A stretch of DNA of 64,000 nucleotides from a virus. The stretch's first letter is position 1. The number at the start of each line of letters is the position of its first letter. Location: the IMG/VR virus record IMGVR_UViG_3300045988_092551, positions 25,210-89,209 of that record; one strand, written 5' to 3'. Under the pieces are notes generated by a model, which was not told the origin of the DNA, searched no databases, and worked only from the letters and a program-made list of their open reading frames with translations. The position numbers and the translations under genes are program-made. This document shows, in pieces, positions 1 to 9,181 of this stretch.

Positions 1-41
1 CGTAGATGAATTGTTAGACTTGATTACGAAAGGAGGCAATC

Positions 42-278
42 ATGATTAAGGAAGTAAAAATGTACTCTGTTGTATGTGATAGATGTGGAAAGACATTCAT
101 AGATGAGTTTAATGGCATTATGGCTTGGCTAGACGAAGGAACTGCAAAAGAGCAAGCAATGGAAAGTGAATGGGCAGAGATAGGCGATAAGCACTACTGC
201 CCAGACTGCTATGAGTTTGACGATGAGTTAGATGAGTATGTTCCTAAAAAGAAAGGAGGAAGCAATGAAAGAACTTAA
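42..278 (+). CDS. small zinc-ribbon-like protein
   Basis: 78-aa ORF with two CxxC pairs (CDRCGK ... CPDCYE). AAAGGAGG lies 6 nt upstream of the ATG. Confidence 0.55.
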   Translation: MIKEVKMYSVVCDRCGKTFIDEFNGIMAWLDEGTAKEQAMESEWAEIGDKHYCPDCYEFDDELDEYVPKKKGGSNERT

Positions 279-594
279 AGATTTGGTTGCTGGTGACAAG
301 GTTGTTGTTTTCGACAGATACGACAACAGAAGAATTGCTATTGTTGAAAGAATAACAAAAACTTTGGTCGTTGTAAACAATATTAAATATCGGAAGTCTA
401 ACGGATTTCAATTTGGAGTATCATCTTATATCCTCTCTCGTAGAATTGAAATACCTAAAGATGAGGAGCAGATTAAGGCAATAGAATTAGAATACCGTAA
501 GCGAATTATCATTCATAGAATACATAATCTCAATCTGAATGATTATCCGTTAGAAGTGTTGGAAAAAGTCTATATTGAATTAGGAGGAAATTAA
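265..594 (+). CDS. hypothetical protein
   Basis: ORF 232-594. Start moved to ATG 265, which is preceded by AGGAGGA and overlaps the upstream gene by only 14 nt. Confidence 0.5.
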   Translation: MKELKDLVAGDKVVVFDRYDNRRIAIVERITKTLVVVNNIKYRKSNGFQFGVSSYILSRRIEIPKDEEQIKAIELEYRKRIIIHRIHNLNLNDYPLEVLEKVYIELGGN

Positions 595-596
595 AT

Positions 597-800
597 ATGG
601 CAGAATTTAAAGTTGGAGAAAGATTTATTCTTCCAGATGGCGATGATGGACATTTGATTGAAGTTCAAGAACGAGACCGTCATTCTTTATGTGATGGATG
701 TTTTTTTAATGATTTCACCTGTATGAATAGAGGATTTGGATATTGTGATTTTGAGAGACGCTCAGACCATAAAAGTGTAATCTTTAAAGAAGTAAAGTAA
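597..800 (+). CDS. small Cys/His-rich protein
   Basis: 67-aa ORF with AGGAGGAAATTAAAT directly upstream. Contains CDGC and CxxxxxGYC. Confidence 0.5.
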   Translation: MAEFKVGERFILPDGDDGHLIEVQERDRHSLCDGCFFNDFTCMNRGFGYCDFERRSDHKSVIFKEVK

Positions 801-805
801 AGCGT

Positions 806-1333
806 ATGGATAAGTTAGAATATATTCCAGGAGATTTGGTGATGACAAACGGAGTACCGCTAGGTACTGCCAAAGATGTTGTTTACCGAGTAACATCATC
901 AGACCCAACAAAGACTTTGGAGTTGGATGATGGAACAGTGCTGAAAGGTGTTGTATGCTTAGAGAACATCGAAGGTGCGGAATTTGGAGATAAAGGCTAT
1001 CTCTCAGGTGACTGCTGTGCTTGGGTTAAGGATATTGTTCCTATTAATCTTGTTCCCGCAATTTTGGAGAAGAATGGATGGGATAAATCCACAGCATGGT
1101 CTTACGTTGGCAGTGGAAAGCGTGGCTATCAGTTTTCCAAGGAACTAGATGATAAATGGGTTGAACTTGATAGAATGACTTATGGTGACTTACAAATCTG
1201 TCAATGTGAAAATCTTAGAGATTGGAGCTATATAAATGAATGCAATCACTATTTTCATTTTGAATTTACCTATGTTCACGAACTCCAACATTTATTATAT
1301 GCCTTGCATATAGATAGTAACTTAAAAATATAA
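806..1333 (+). CDS. hypothetical protein
   Basis: 175-aa ORF tightly packed after the previous gene. Confidence 0.55.
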   Translation: MDKLEYIPGDLVMTNGVPLGTAKDVVYRVTSSDPTKTLELDDGTVLKGVVCLENIEGAEFGDKGYLSGDCCAWVKDIVPINLVPAILEKNGWDKSTAWSYVGSGKRGYQFSKELDDKWVELDRMTYGDLQICQCENLRDWSYINECNHYFHFEFTYVHELQHLLYALHIDSNLKI

Positions 1334-1337
1334 TGAT

Positions 1338-1460
1338 ATGACAGAAGAAGAGGCAAGAAGAAGAGACGAAGAAGCTGGGCTAGGATGCGCTATATGGGGA
1401 ATTATAATAATATTTTCTATCATTGGTAGTGCTATCTTAACATATATTATTAATAACTAA
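1338..1460 (+). CDS. 40-aa single-pass membrane peptide (below ORF-track cutoff)
   Basis: Hand translation gives MTEEEARRRDEEAGLGCAIWGIIIIFSIIGSAILTYIINN. It has a charged N-terminus and one hydrophobic helix, and fills the gap between neighbouring genes. Confidence 0.3.
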   Translation: MTEEEARRRDEEAGLGCAIWGIIIIFSIIGSAILTYIINN

Positions 1461-1485
1461 CGCCTTCGGGTATAATTTTAAAGAT

Positions 1486-1722
1486 ATGACAAAAGAAGAA
1501 TTAAAAGTAAAGGTTGCCAAGCAACAAAGTATTATCAATGATGCTAACAATCAGATTTGTTCTGATGTGAAGGAGTACATCGAAACTCTACCATACAAGG
1601 TTGGTGATAAAATCGTGCAATTCCACCTTGAAACAAGTGACAACATCATGCTTATAAAGACGGATGAATTAAACAAAACAGAGCGCGGCGACAATGGCTA
1701 CGGCTCTTCTGACAAAAAGTAA
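1486..1722 (+). CDS. hypothetical protein
   Basis: 78-aa ORF in the same-strand gene run. Confidence 0.5.
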   Translation: MTKEELKVKVAKQQSIINDANNQICSDVKEYIETLPYKVGDKIVQFHLETSDNIMLIKTDELNKTERGDNGYGSSDKK

Positions 1723-1723
1723 T

Positions 1724-2356
1724 ATGAACGTACTCACAGACGAACAGAAAAATTACATAAAGGAGCATCCGGATGAATCTCCATACGCAATGTCTAGGAA
1801 ATTCGGATGCGCTGTGCAGACCGTATACTGGTGGCTGCATAAGTTACACGGAGACTCGTTTAAGGATGCGCGGGAAAGACGCAGGAACGAAATCCATGAG
1901 TCTGTCCGCAATATGTATCCAGAAATGTCTTCGTCTGAGATCTCAAAGGTGCTCGGAATAACGAAGTCCTGCGTTGCTAATATAGCAAAATCACTCGGTG
2001 TCACACATACCAGGGAAACTGAAGAAAGGCTTAGGCTGAAATGCGCTCAGGCAATAGTAAGACCTGAGATAATAGCTAAACGTTCAGAATCTCTAAAAAA
2101 GACGCTGAGGCTTGATAGATACAGAGCAGCGAACGGAATTAAACAGAAGACACGACGCAAGTTCAAGACGATTCCGAGCAGATGCCTATGCGCTAGGAAC
2201 TACCTGTGCAACAAGTACAACTACTTCTACGACAAGGACTACGGAGAGCTGCTGACTATATTCTACGACAGTGAAACGAGAATGCTGACCGAAGATCAGC
2301 AGAAACATTATGAGAAGAAGTATGGTATCAAGTTCCTCCAGGGAGCTGAAGAATAA
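1724..2356 (+). CDS. DNA-binding protein with two helix-turn-helix-like segments
   Basis: ORF 1694-2356. ATG 1724 begins 2 nt after the upstream stop. HTH-like stretches: YAMSRKFGCAVQTVYWWL and SSSEISKVLGITKSCVANIAKSL. Confidence 0.45.
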   Translation: MNVLTDEQKNYIKEHPDESPYAMSRKFGCAVQTVYWWLHKLHGDSFKDARERRRNEIHESVRNMYPEMSSSEISKVLGITKSCVANIAKSLGVTHTRETEERLRLKCAQAIVRPEIIAKRSESLKKTLRLDRYRAANGIKQKTRRKFKTIPSRCLCARNYLCNKYNYFYDKDYGELLTIFYDSETRMLTEDQQKHYEKKYGIKFLQGAEE

Positions 2357-2383
2357 TTTCTGTGCATTATTATCTATATGTTT

Positions 2384-2420
2384 AGAGGCGGCTATCCATC
2401 ACGGACGGTCGCCTCTTTTC
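2384..2420 (+). terminator. rho-independent terminator between convergent modules
   Basis: AGAGGCG...CGCCTCT stem followed by TTTT, placed between the + gene ending at 2356 and the - gene ending at 2473. Confidence 0.6.
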
Positions 2421-2472
2421 ATTTAAACTAATAAATAAACATTAACTAAACCAAATGTTATGAAAAGAAAAC

Positions 2473-3069
2473 TTAAGAATGTTTATGTAATTTTACCTTG
2501 CGGTATATCCAACCAATAAATGCGAGAATACCCATGAAAAGACAAACTGATGCTATCTTACCTATTTTCAAGAAAGCTCTGTCGGTCTTTGATAGTTGCT
2601 TCTCGACATATACTTTATCTTTCGATATTTCGTTTATCACCGACATCAAGGAGTCACACTTACTGTGATATATCGACGTGCTATCCTTGTATTCTTTGAG
2701 GATCGAAATACTGTCTCTCAGTATCTGTACGTCTTCATGTGATATTTCGTGATATTCGTAGTGAAATCTGTCTTCTCCAACTTTGTTACCATTGGCATCA
2801 TACTTGGATGCTGTGCTATCTTTGACGTGCGTCTTTTCCTTTGTGGTTGACTTCACGGATTCCTTGTGAGATGCTTTATATAACTCCAACTCTTTAATAA
2901 GCCTTGCGTTAAAGAGTGAATCCCACTTGGCATCATTGCGCTTGTCAGTGATGTACGTCTGTTTCTCTACCAGTCGTTCTTTAGCCTTGCATCTACAGAA
3001 CATTGATAGAATCAGCATCGCTACTGCAATGGTAATTACAACCTTTGTTATCTTACCTATCAGTTTCAT
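2473..3069 (-). CDS. membrane-anchored coiled-coil protein (spanin-like, lysis region)
   Basis: 198 aa with an N-terminal hydrophobic segment, a charged central region and a C-terminal hydrophobic segment. Lies directly downstream of the hydrolase-like gene. Confidence 0.35.
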   Translation of the reverse strand: MKLIGKITKVVITIAVAMLILSMFCRCKAKERLVEKQTYITDKRNDAKWDSLFNARLIKELELYKASHKESVKSTTKEKTHVKDSTASKYDANGNKVGEDRFHYEYHEISHEDVQILRDSISILKEYKDSTSIYHSKCDSLMSVINEISKDKVYVEKQLSKTDRAFLKIGKIASVCLFMGILAFIGWIYRKVKLHKHS

Positions 3070-3072
3070 AAG

Positions 3073-3534
3073 CTACTGAATTACAATCGTTACTTTTTCC
3101 TTTTTATCCCAAGCCGTTTTCATTGCCTGAATGAGCTTGTTTGTCCAGAATCGAGAATCGCTAACCCAACCTTTCTTGTTATTTTTCCCCACTAAGATAC
3201 AGCCCAGTGTGTCTTTTGCAGAGTTACCGGAATGAATACGGATGCCATCGAACCCTGGCACATCCTTTAATAATGGGAGCATCTTCTTGAATCTGTTAGA
3301 GTAGGTATATACGCATTCATAGCTGCCGCTTGGTATTGCAGTCTGCCCATAAACCTTTTTCTTCTTGATTTCGCACAAATCCATTCTTTGGTTCAATCCT
3401 CTGTCTGTATCTTCAAGGGTATTGCAGCCAAACAAATTGCCATTCACGAACAGACGACTAATAGTATAGCCATCCTTTTTCCAAGCCCTATCAATTAGTA
3501 CTTCCATTTTTGTTTTCCTCCTCTTTTTTATCAA
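3073..3534 (-). CDS. probable cell-wall hydrolase / endolysin-like protein
   Basis: Contains the IRIHSGNSAKDTLGCILVG motif (His ... Gly-Cys), as in L,D-transpeptidase-fold or DUF5675-type proteins as I recall them. Alternative start at 3507 (MEVLIDR). Confidence 0.4.
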   Translation of the reverse strand: MIKKRRKTKMEVLIDRAWKKDGYTISRLFVNGNLFGCNTLEDTDRGLNQRMDLCEIKKKKVYGQTAIPSGSYECVYTYSNRFKKMLPLLKDVPGFDGIRIHSGNSAKDTLGCILVGKNNKKGWVSDSRFWTNKLIQAMKTAWDKKEKVTIVIQ

Positions 3535-4006
3535 ACTCCTGATTCAATCTCTCCAATATCGGTCTCCAATAACTCGGCAATGCCTTCGCAAACTCAAACC
3601 TGAGAATGTAATAAATAACTCTGAATGCGACATTCTTAGGGTATGCCTTAATGAGATTTTTGAACGCATTGCATATATACACATAGCAGAATATGTACGT
3701 AAGCATCTTAATTGCAAATAAAGCTTCCGTGCCATCATTACAACCTAACATGATGCCGTATATCACATAGACGATAGCTACATAGAGCAACATTTCCAAA
3801 ATTGCGTTCTTGAACTTCGATACAGAAAAGTTCTTGCATCGTACAACACTCACGCCGTCAGCTCTCATACCACAGAAGATATTGAAGCCAAAGGCAATAA
3901 TCAACGCCAAGACAAAACCTTCTGTTGGCGTCGCAAAGGCAAGTATAGCGGAGAAAATAGTAACCCCTATCTGCCGAATCTGTGAAGAATCTAATAAATC
4001 TGTCAT
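3491..4006 (-). CDS. multi-pass membrane protein, holin-like
   Basis: 171 aa with about 4 hydrophobic helices. Lies immediately upstream of and overlaps the hydrolase-like gene. Confidence 0.45.
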   Translation of the reverse strand: MTDLLDSSQIRQIGVTIFSAILAFATPTEGFVLALIIAFGFNIFCGMRADGVSVVRCKNFSVSKFKNAILEMLLYVAIVYVIYGIMLGCNDGTEALFAIKMLTYIFCYVYICNAFKNLIKAYPKNVAFRVIYYILRFEFAKALPSYWRPILERLNQEFDKKEEENKNGSTN

Positions 4007-4056
4007 AATCTGTTATCCTGAATAATTAATAAAAATAAAGTTTCGGTCTCTTTCTG

Positions 4057-4064
4057 CAAAGATA
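4057..4064 (-). promoter_or_regulatory. Bacteroidota-type -7 box TATCTTTG
   Basis: + strand reads CAAAGATA, so the - strand reads TAtcTTTG (TAnnTTTG consensus). About 50 nt upstream of ATG 4006. Confidence 0.5.
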
Positions 4065-4103
4065 GCAAAAAAAACCGAAACTTCATTCAGAATAACGAAA
4101 AAA

Positions 4104-4532
4104 TCATATATTCAGATCATAATATGGCATTCCTCCGTTTTCCAGGAAAGAAACGCATTCGTCGAAAATCTTACGTTCGTAGTCGAGCGCATTGATTTTC
4201 GGAAACCATTTCTTAATCTTTGCGTCATTGCGTTTAACCATTTCGCCCCAAAGAACGCACCAGTCTTCGAGATTGATGTTGTCATTCTTGACTTCGTGCC
4301 AGTAGTCTTTTGCAACATCTTTTGTGTGGAGCTGGTTAATGAGGCAAAGATGCATATCTGCCATTTCTTCGTCATAATGACATGCGCCAATTTCTCCCTT
4401 GACCTGCTTCATCATATCAAGCATTACGCTGTCATTCATTCCCACTTCGCAACAATCTGCCATTATTGTGACACAGTTCTTGATAGCCTGTATGTCATTG
4501 CTAGCTATAATGTCTTCGAATACCTTTTTCAT
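4104..4532 (-). CDS. hypothetical protein
   Basis: 142-aa ORF in a - strand operon. The overlapping + and alternative-frame ORFs look like shadow ORFs. Confidence 0.55.
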   Translation of the reverse strand: MKKVFEDIIASNDIQAIKNCVTIMADCCEVGMNDSVMLDMMKQVKGEIGACHYDEEMADMHLCLINQLHTKDVAKDYWHEVKNDNINLEDWCVLWGEMVKRNDAKIKKWFPKINALDYERKIFDECVSFLENGGMPYYDLNI

Positions 4533-4550
4533 AACCGTATATTTTTGATG

Positions 4551-5057
4551 CTACTTCAGAAAATACTCTCTGATATCGTACACGCCATCCTTATCTTTCA
4601 ACAAGTCGAGTGCAAGGCTGTGGGCGTACTTAACCAGATGCTCAGTACCAATGTCCTTCACGTCTTCCTTGCCGAGTATCTTTGCGATGGTGCATCCGTG
4701 ATCGCTTACGACCTGGTTCATGGCAACGTACAAAGCGTAGTCGTTGTAATAAGGTTTCTCCTCTGTTGCAAGTCCGAGACCGGTCATAGCATTGAGCCAT
4801 GTCTGCATATCCCAGGTTACAGGTGGATTCATACCGTTTACAATCTCAGAAGCCTCCTTCTTGGTGAGATAGTTCTTCCACTTGATAGCGCACAGCTTAT
4901 CAAGATATTCTTGCGCCAACTCAGGGTGCTTCGATGCCATATCCTTCATCATGCAGCGCATCGTGTTACCGAATACGTGCATATACTTTACGTTTGCTGA
5001 TGATGCCATCATTCCATACAGCTCATCAAATTTACTCATAATCTCTTTTGCTTCCAT
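4551..5057 (-). CDS. hypothetical protein
   Basis: 168-aa ORF, tightly spaced in the operon. Confidence 0.55.
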   Translation of the reverse strand: MEAKEIMSKFDELYGMMASSANVKYMHVFGNTMRCMMKDMASKHPELAQEYLDKLCAIKWKNYLTKKEASEIVNGMNPPVTWDMQTWLNAMTGLGLATEEKPYYNDYALYVAMNQVVSDHGCTIAKILGKEDVKDIGTEHLVKYAHSLALDLLKDKDGVYDIREYFLK

Positions 5058-5070
5058 ATCTTATATATTT

Positions 5071-5502
5071 TTAAGCTATTATCAAATCTTTCAACTCTAC
5101 AAAGTCCTCCTCTGTGAAGTTGATGCTTCGCTTGCTTCCAAAGAGGATAGCAGTAGCAATTCCATCTGGCAGGTCAATAGACACAACTCCTTTGTCGATA
5201 TGTCCGTGAATTAAACCTACATCGAATTTGTAATCTTCCACGGATTTTAGCATCTGCATCATATCTTCAAATATCGTGTTGGCATCTATGTTGCCGTCTT
5301 CATCAGCAATGAATAGGGTAGCGTTGTCAATACTCTTTCCCCAACTATCCTTGTGCTTTGCGATGATGTTATGTGAAGCTCGCTTCATATACACGGAAGG
5401 GATAGCTAGCGCAGGGTTCTCCTTCACCATATCACTTATTCTAGCATCTGCCCACAAATCAAGCGATGTAAGCAGTTTCTCTTTAAGTTCTGTTACGTTC
5501 AT
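5071..5502 (-). CDS. hypothetical protein
   Basis: 143-aa ORF with a 4-nt overlap with the upstream gene. Confidence 0.55.
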   Translation of the reverse strand: MNVTELKEKLLTSLDLWADARISDMVKENPALAIPSVYMKRASHNIIAKHKDSWGKSIDNATLFIADEDGNIDANTIFEDMMQMLKSVEDYKFDVGLIHGHIDKGVVSIDLPDGIATAILFGSKRSINFTEEDFVELKDLIIA

Positions 5503-5999
5503 TTCTTAGTTTCTCCTTTCTTTGTCTTATTGTACCAAACAAGATATTCTTGCCAAGTTTTATCGCTATGATTAGTCATATAATCGTTGAGCATAGCAGA
5601 TTTCTGTTCTTCTGCTTGCGCTACTTCTTTTCTCAGTCGTTGCATCAGAGATAGGTGCTTCTTCAATGCTTCCTGTCCTTGCTGAGTGCTTTCAATACGA
5701 GGGCGTATGATGCGCAATTCCTCATCTTGTACTAGCTTAGAGACATATTGCAAGCTATTAACGTATTCCTGATTCTGCATCAAGTACTGACGTTGCGCCC
5801 CTGTAAGATTGTCTTCAATCTTGTCGATTTCATCCCATAAAGGGGTGGAAGACTGCTGTGCTTGCATGTTGATAGATGCTCGCTTCTGTTGTATTGCTTC
5901 GTACATCTTCTGTAGCTCGGCATCCATCATCTGCGGCTGCTGCTGATTTGTACCCATATCCAATAATGGGCTGTTACCAAAATTCATCATAACAATCAA
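5499..5999 (-). CDS. hypothetical Gln-rich coiled-coil protein
   Basis: 166-aa ORF with Q-rich, heptad-like content. Confidence 0.5.
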   Translation of the reverse strand: MIVMMNFGNSPLLDMGTNQQQPQMMDAELQKMYEAIQQKRASINMQAQQSSTPLWDEIDKIEDNLTGAQRQYLMQNQEYVNSLQYVSKLVQDEELRIIRPRIESTQQGQEALKKHLSLMQRLRKEVAQAEEQKSAMLNDYMTNHSDKTWQEYLVWYNKTKKGETKK

Positions 6000-6115
6000 A
6001 TATCTTTAAAGTTGGTGATATATTATAGAGAGGTGAGAGGGCATCCACCAACGAGGGCAAACGCCCCTCACCAACTCATTTTTTCTTAGTCTTTTTTACG
6101 GACTTTCTTGCTCTG

Positions 6116-6733
6116 TTACGCTCCTGTAGTGGGAGTGGAAGGAGCAGTACCGTTACAGCAATAGCTGCCGTAGCCCGAAATTACTGGCGTAGATGGGAGT
6201 ATCAACTGACCACGCAAGCAATTGCATGTCTTTTCGTTAACGTAAGCCATCATCAGCTTCTCCTTGTAAGGAGTAAGAGCCTCCATCACGGCTACCTTCT
6301 TGTCAAGGTCGCTATACTTAGCCTGTAGTGCGTCATACTGGTCTCTCTGATTCTTGTACAAACCAAAGTCAGCATCAATCTGAGACTTATACAAACCGAA
6401 CTCAGCCTGCATTGCACGGCGGTTCTCAGCGTTGATAGCATCTACCTGCGACTTGTAAAGACCGAATTTCTCGGCAACATCTGTCTCACGCATAGCATAG
6501 AACTTGTTAGCGGTGTCGAGCTTCAAACCGAACATGTCGGTAAGCAACTTCACCTCGTCAGCACATTCCTTCTCCATTACCTGTAAGGCGGTTGGCTGAT
6601 TGGAACTTGAATTAGCTCCGTAGGTATTGATGTTCACGTTCTCAGGCATATTGCTGCCGAGTGAACCGAATACGCTGCGGTTATTACCGCCAAGCAACCA
6701 AGCACCAGCACCGAGTGCTGTGCCAATAATCAC
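6116..6733 (-). CDS. hypothetical protein with glycine-zipper N-terminus and internal FGLYK repeats
   Basis: 205 aa. N-terminus reads IIGTALGAGAWLLGG. FGLYKSQ(V/I)DA occurs three times. Confidence 0.5.
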   Translation of the reverse strand: MIIGTALGAGAWLLGGNNRSVFGSLGSNMPENVNINTYGANSSSNQPTALQVMEKECADEVKLLTDMFGLKLDTANKFYAMRETDVAEKFGLYKSQVDAINAENRRAMQAEFGLYKSQIDADFGLYKNQRDQYDALQAKYSDLDKKVAVMEALTPYKEKLMMAYVNEKTCNCLRGQLILPSTPVISGYGSYCCNGTAPSTPTTGA

Positions 6734-6884
6734 TAACTTTCGATAAGGTACGCAACCACCTTACCCGTTCTCTAATGAACTGCTGTATGTTACCATACAG
6801 ATAAGACTATATCTTTATCTCTCACGAGATACTCTCCATTTCCACTCGCTTGAGTGTACTCCCTTTCGGGATAGTCGTTGAACC

Positions 6885-7679
6885 TTATTGTGCATATTTC
6901 CATTTGTAACCTTTGCATGTAATGTAATGCCTACCAGATGGAGATACATAACCTCTACATACCTTTACAATTTCGGAGTTTAATTTTGAATTACCTAGAC
7001 TTTCTCCAGCTTCTAAAGCGGAATTAAACCTTTTCAAAACTTCTCCACTTGCCGCATCTATCTGCAAAACAGGCTTACTATTTGCTGTAGATATAGCATT
7101 TTTAGCTTTATTCGTATGCTTTTTGTTGAAAAAAGGATTTTTGCTTCCTTTTCTTTCTTTGGCACACTTACTCAGTATAGCTTTTTGCTTATCGGATAGA
7201 TGTTTACCATACATAGGTGCTCTCTCTCCAGTTCTATTCTTGGCTAACTCACTAAGGTAAGCCCTCATGTCTTCTGAATGCTTTTTTCCTTTAAAAGGAT
7301 TGCTATGACTTTTATAGTAATCTTTGAGGTGATTTATCATATTTTCTTTAGATTTTCCTTATAATGTATGACCCCTAACACCTTCTCCGCCTAAAGTCAT
7401 ATTATACCCATTTCTGTAAGAATCATACTTCTCTATGAAATACGATTCTTTTTCATTAAGAACGGGAATAGCATCCTCTTTAGAATCAAAATCATCCGAG
7501 AAAAGCACTTCGTACTTAAAATTATGTACTCCATATTTGCGTATAGCATTATCAAAGCGAGTTCCGCTGTAGCAACAGTTATTGAAAAAACATCTTCTTC
7601 TATGTTTCTCATCTGTTGTCTGACCTACATAGGACTTTCTCGATGGGGATTCGTACCTATAAATTATACCTTTTACCAT
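6885..7679 (-). pseudogene. GIY-YIG homing endonuclease split by one in-frame TAA
   Basis: ORF 7359-7679 carries GIIYRY...YVGQT...N-M-LGG (GIY-YIG core). ORF 6885-7340 carries three NUMOD3-like KKHSE/GKHLS/KKHTN repeats. The two are in the same frame, separated by TAA (7359-7361) plus 6 codons. Confidence 0.65.
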
Positions 7680-7782
7680 ACTGCAAAGTTACAAAAAATA
7701 TTTCAAAGAACGCACAATCTTGGCTGCTGATTGTCCTGTTTTTTAAGGAGTTCCCAGCAATTAAGAGAGTTTATACTGAGCA

Positions 7783-7902
7783 TTATTTTTGTTTACCCAG
7801 TGTCAAGCCAGCATTACCTGTTGCCTTAGAAGCATAATCATCGTGCTTCTTTCCCTCTTCGTAGATTTTCTTCTCTACGACCTTTGCATCTGTCATTTCC
7901 AT
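7783..7902 (-). CDS. 39-aa small protein (below ORF-track cutoff)
   Basis: Hand translation gives MEMTDAKVVEKKIYEEGKKHDDYASKATGNAGLTLGKQK. A TAccTTTG box lies about 60 nt upstream. Confidence 0.25.
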   Translation of the reverse strand: MEMTDAKVVEKKIYEEGKKHDDYASKATGNAGLTLGKQK

Positions 7903-7960
7903 GATACAATCTTTTTAAGTTATTCTTATATTAACTAACACTATTGTAACGTTACGGATG

Positions 7961-7968
7961 CAAAGGTA
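7961..7968 (-). promoter_or_regulatory. -7 box TACCTTTG
   Basis: + strand reads CAAAGGTA, matching TAnnTTTG on the - strand. Confidence 0.4.
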
Positions 7969-8065
7969 CGAAGAAAAGGGGAGAGCAAATATAACTCTAT
8001 CACACTTTCTTTTATTGCTTGATTATCAGTGATTTAAGGTGATAGGAGGTAGTATCATAAATAAC

Positions 8066-8096
8066 AAAAAAAAGAGAGGCAATCACTTACCTCTCT
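8066..8096 (-). terminator. rho-independent terminator
   Basis: On the - strand: AGAGAGG-loop-CCTCTCT followed by T7. The stop codon of gene 8083-8427 lies in the loop. Confidence 0.6.
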
Positions 8097-8427
8097 TACT
8101 CTTAATGAAGTGCAGAATATCCCACTTCTTCCAATACCTAGTGTGCCCACGCTTCTTGCACTCGCCGTTCGGAATATCACCCCTAGCCACCATCCTGTTA
8201 AGGGTAGCATCAGAAACTCGCAATTTTTCCTTGACCTCCTCGGTGCTCAACATAGGGTTGAGAGCATACGGCAGATAGTTCTCACAAAGGTCTTCTATCT
8301 CATCGCTACTCATTCCGCAAGCAGTTACCTTCTCCCCTCTCTTCTCTTGCTCGTCTGCTCGAAAACAAGAATCCGATAACGATTTTAATAACACTCCCAA
8401 GGTGTGATAACCAAATAACTTTCCCAT
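8083..8427 (-). CDS. helix-turn-helix DNA-binding protein (excisionase/MerR-like)
   Basis: The C-terminal LRVSDATLNRMVARGDIP...YWKKWDILHF resembles Xis/AlpA-type HTH domains. Confidence 0.45.
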   Translation of the reverse strand: MGKLFGYHTLGVLLKSLSDSCFRADEQEKRGEKVTACGMSSDEIEDLCENYLPYALNPMLSTEEVKEKLRVSDATLNRMVARGDIPNGECKKRGHTRYWKKWDILHFIKSKRGK

Positions 8428-8431
8428 ATCA

Positions 8432-8983
8432 TTATAATCTAGAGATTAAACTTTGACAGCCCTTGCCTGAGAAATACTTATCGGCAAAACCATATACATA
8501 AAATATAATGGTCATTACAAGTATTACAACATTAGCTTCCACCATTTCGTTGGTGGTAAAAACATTCCAGTATACGATATGAATAGCATTTATCCCAAAT
8601 AGGTAGATTATCATCGGAATACGCCATCTGTAGCAGAGCCAAAAGAATCTGCTCGCAAGTATAAGCACAAGCGGATGGATGTAAACAGAGAAATAGATAA
8701 ATGCTGCCGATACCCAATTCTCCCTAAACCATACGCACATTTCTTTTTCATGAGACGCAAATGTTACCATGCATGCAATATGAAAAAGCATGATAAACAG
8801 AGGCATCACTTCACAATAATACTTAAACCAAGTGAGTAGCTTTATGCTGTAGCCTCTACCTGCAAGGATAATGACGTTTATAATTTCGCTAACGTCCATG
8901 TCCTTAAACATTACTCTTGACAACTGTACAACACCGACTGATTGAACTAACCGATGGACTTCGTCTTTTTGTTCTTCTGTCAT
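8432..8983 (-). CDS. multi-pass membrane protein
   Basis: 183 aa with 4-5 hydrophobic helices. Confidence 0.5.
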   Translation of the reverse strand: MTEEQKDEVHRLVQSVGVVQLSRVMFKDMDVSEIINVIILAGRGYSIKLLTWFKYYCEVMPLFIMLFHIACMVTFASHEKEMCVWFRENWVSAAFIYFSVYIHPLVLILASRFFWLCYRWRIPMIIYLFGINAIHIVYWNVFTTNEMVEANVVILVMTIIFYVYGFADKYFSGKGCQSLISRL

Positions 8984-9048
8984 TGAAATACCTCCTTTTG
9001 TCTATAGTTAATTGTTCATAATTCGTTGATTTAAATTAAATGATGGTG

Positions 9049-9056
9049 CAAAGATA
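9049..9056 (-). promoter_or_regulatory. -7 box TATCTTTG
   Basis: + strand reads CAAAGATA, about 66 nt upstream of ATG 8983. Confidence 0.5.
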
Positions 9057-9181
9057 CCCTTTTCCGCACAAAATTAACGAAAATGAGAATATTTTTGTGT
9101 TAAACTTTACAAAAAGTAACAATCTGAAAGTTTTTGCTAGCAAAAAGAAAGGCGGCTACATGTTGTAAACCGCCTTAACAT

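Noticed and set aside
4296-5000. 234-aa + strand ORF spanning two - strand genes (similar cases: 32588-33358, 33985-34659, 34927-35373, 31670-32194, 20206-20754, 58352-58849, 62732-63481)
   Set aside because: Each is antisense to tightly packed, better-supported genes and crosses their boundaries. Their compositions are hydrophobic or low-complexity, typical of shadow ORFs.
7684-7691. TAACTTTG -7 box for the GIY-YIG gene
   Set aside because: It matches TAnnTTTG but lies only 5 nt from the ATG, implying a leaderless transcript. That is too uncertain to list as a feature.
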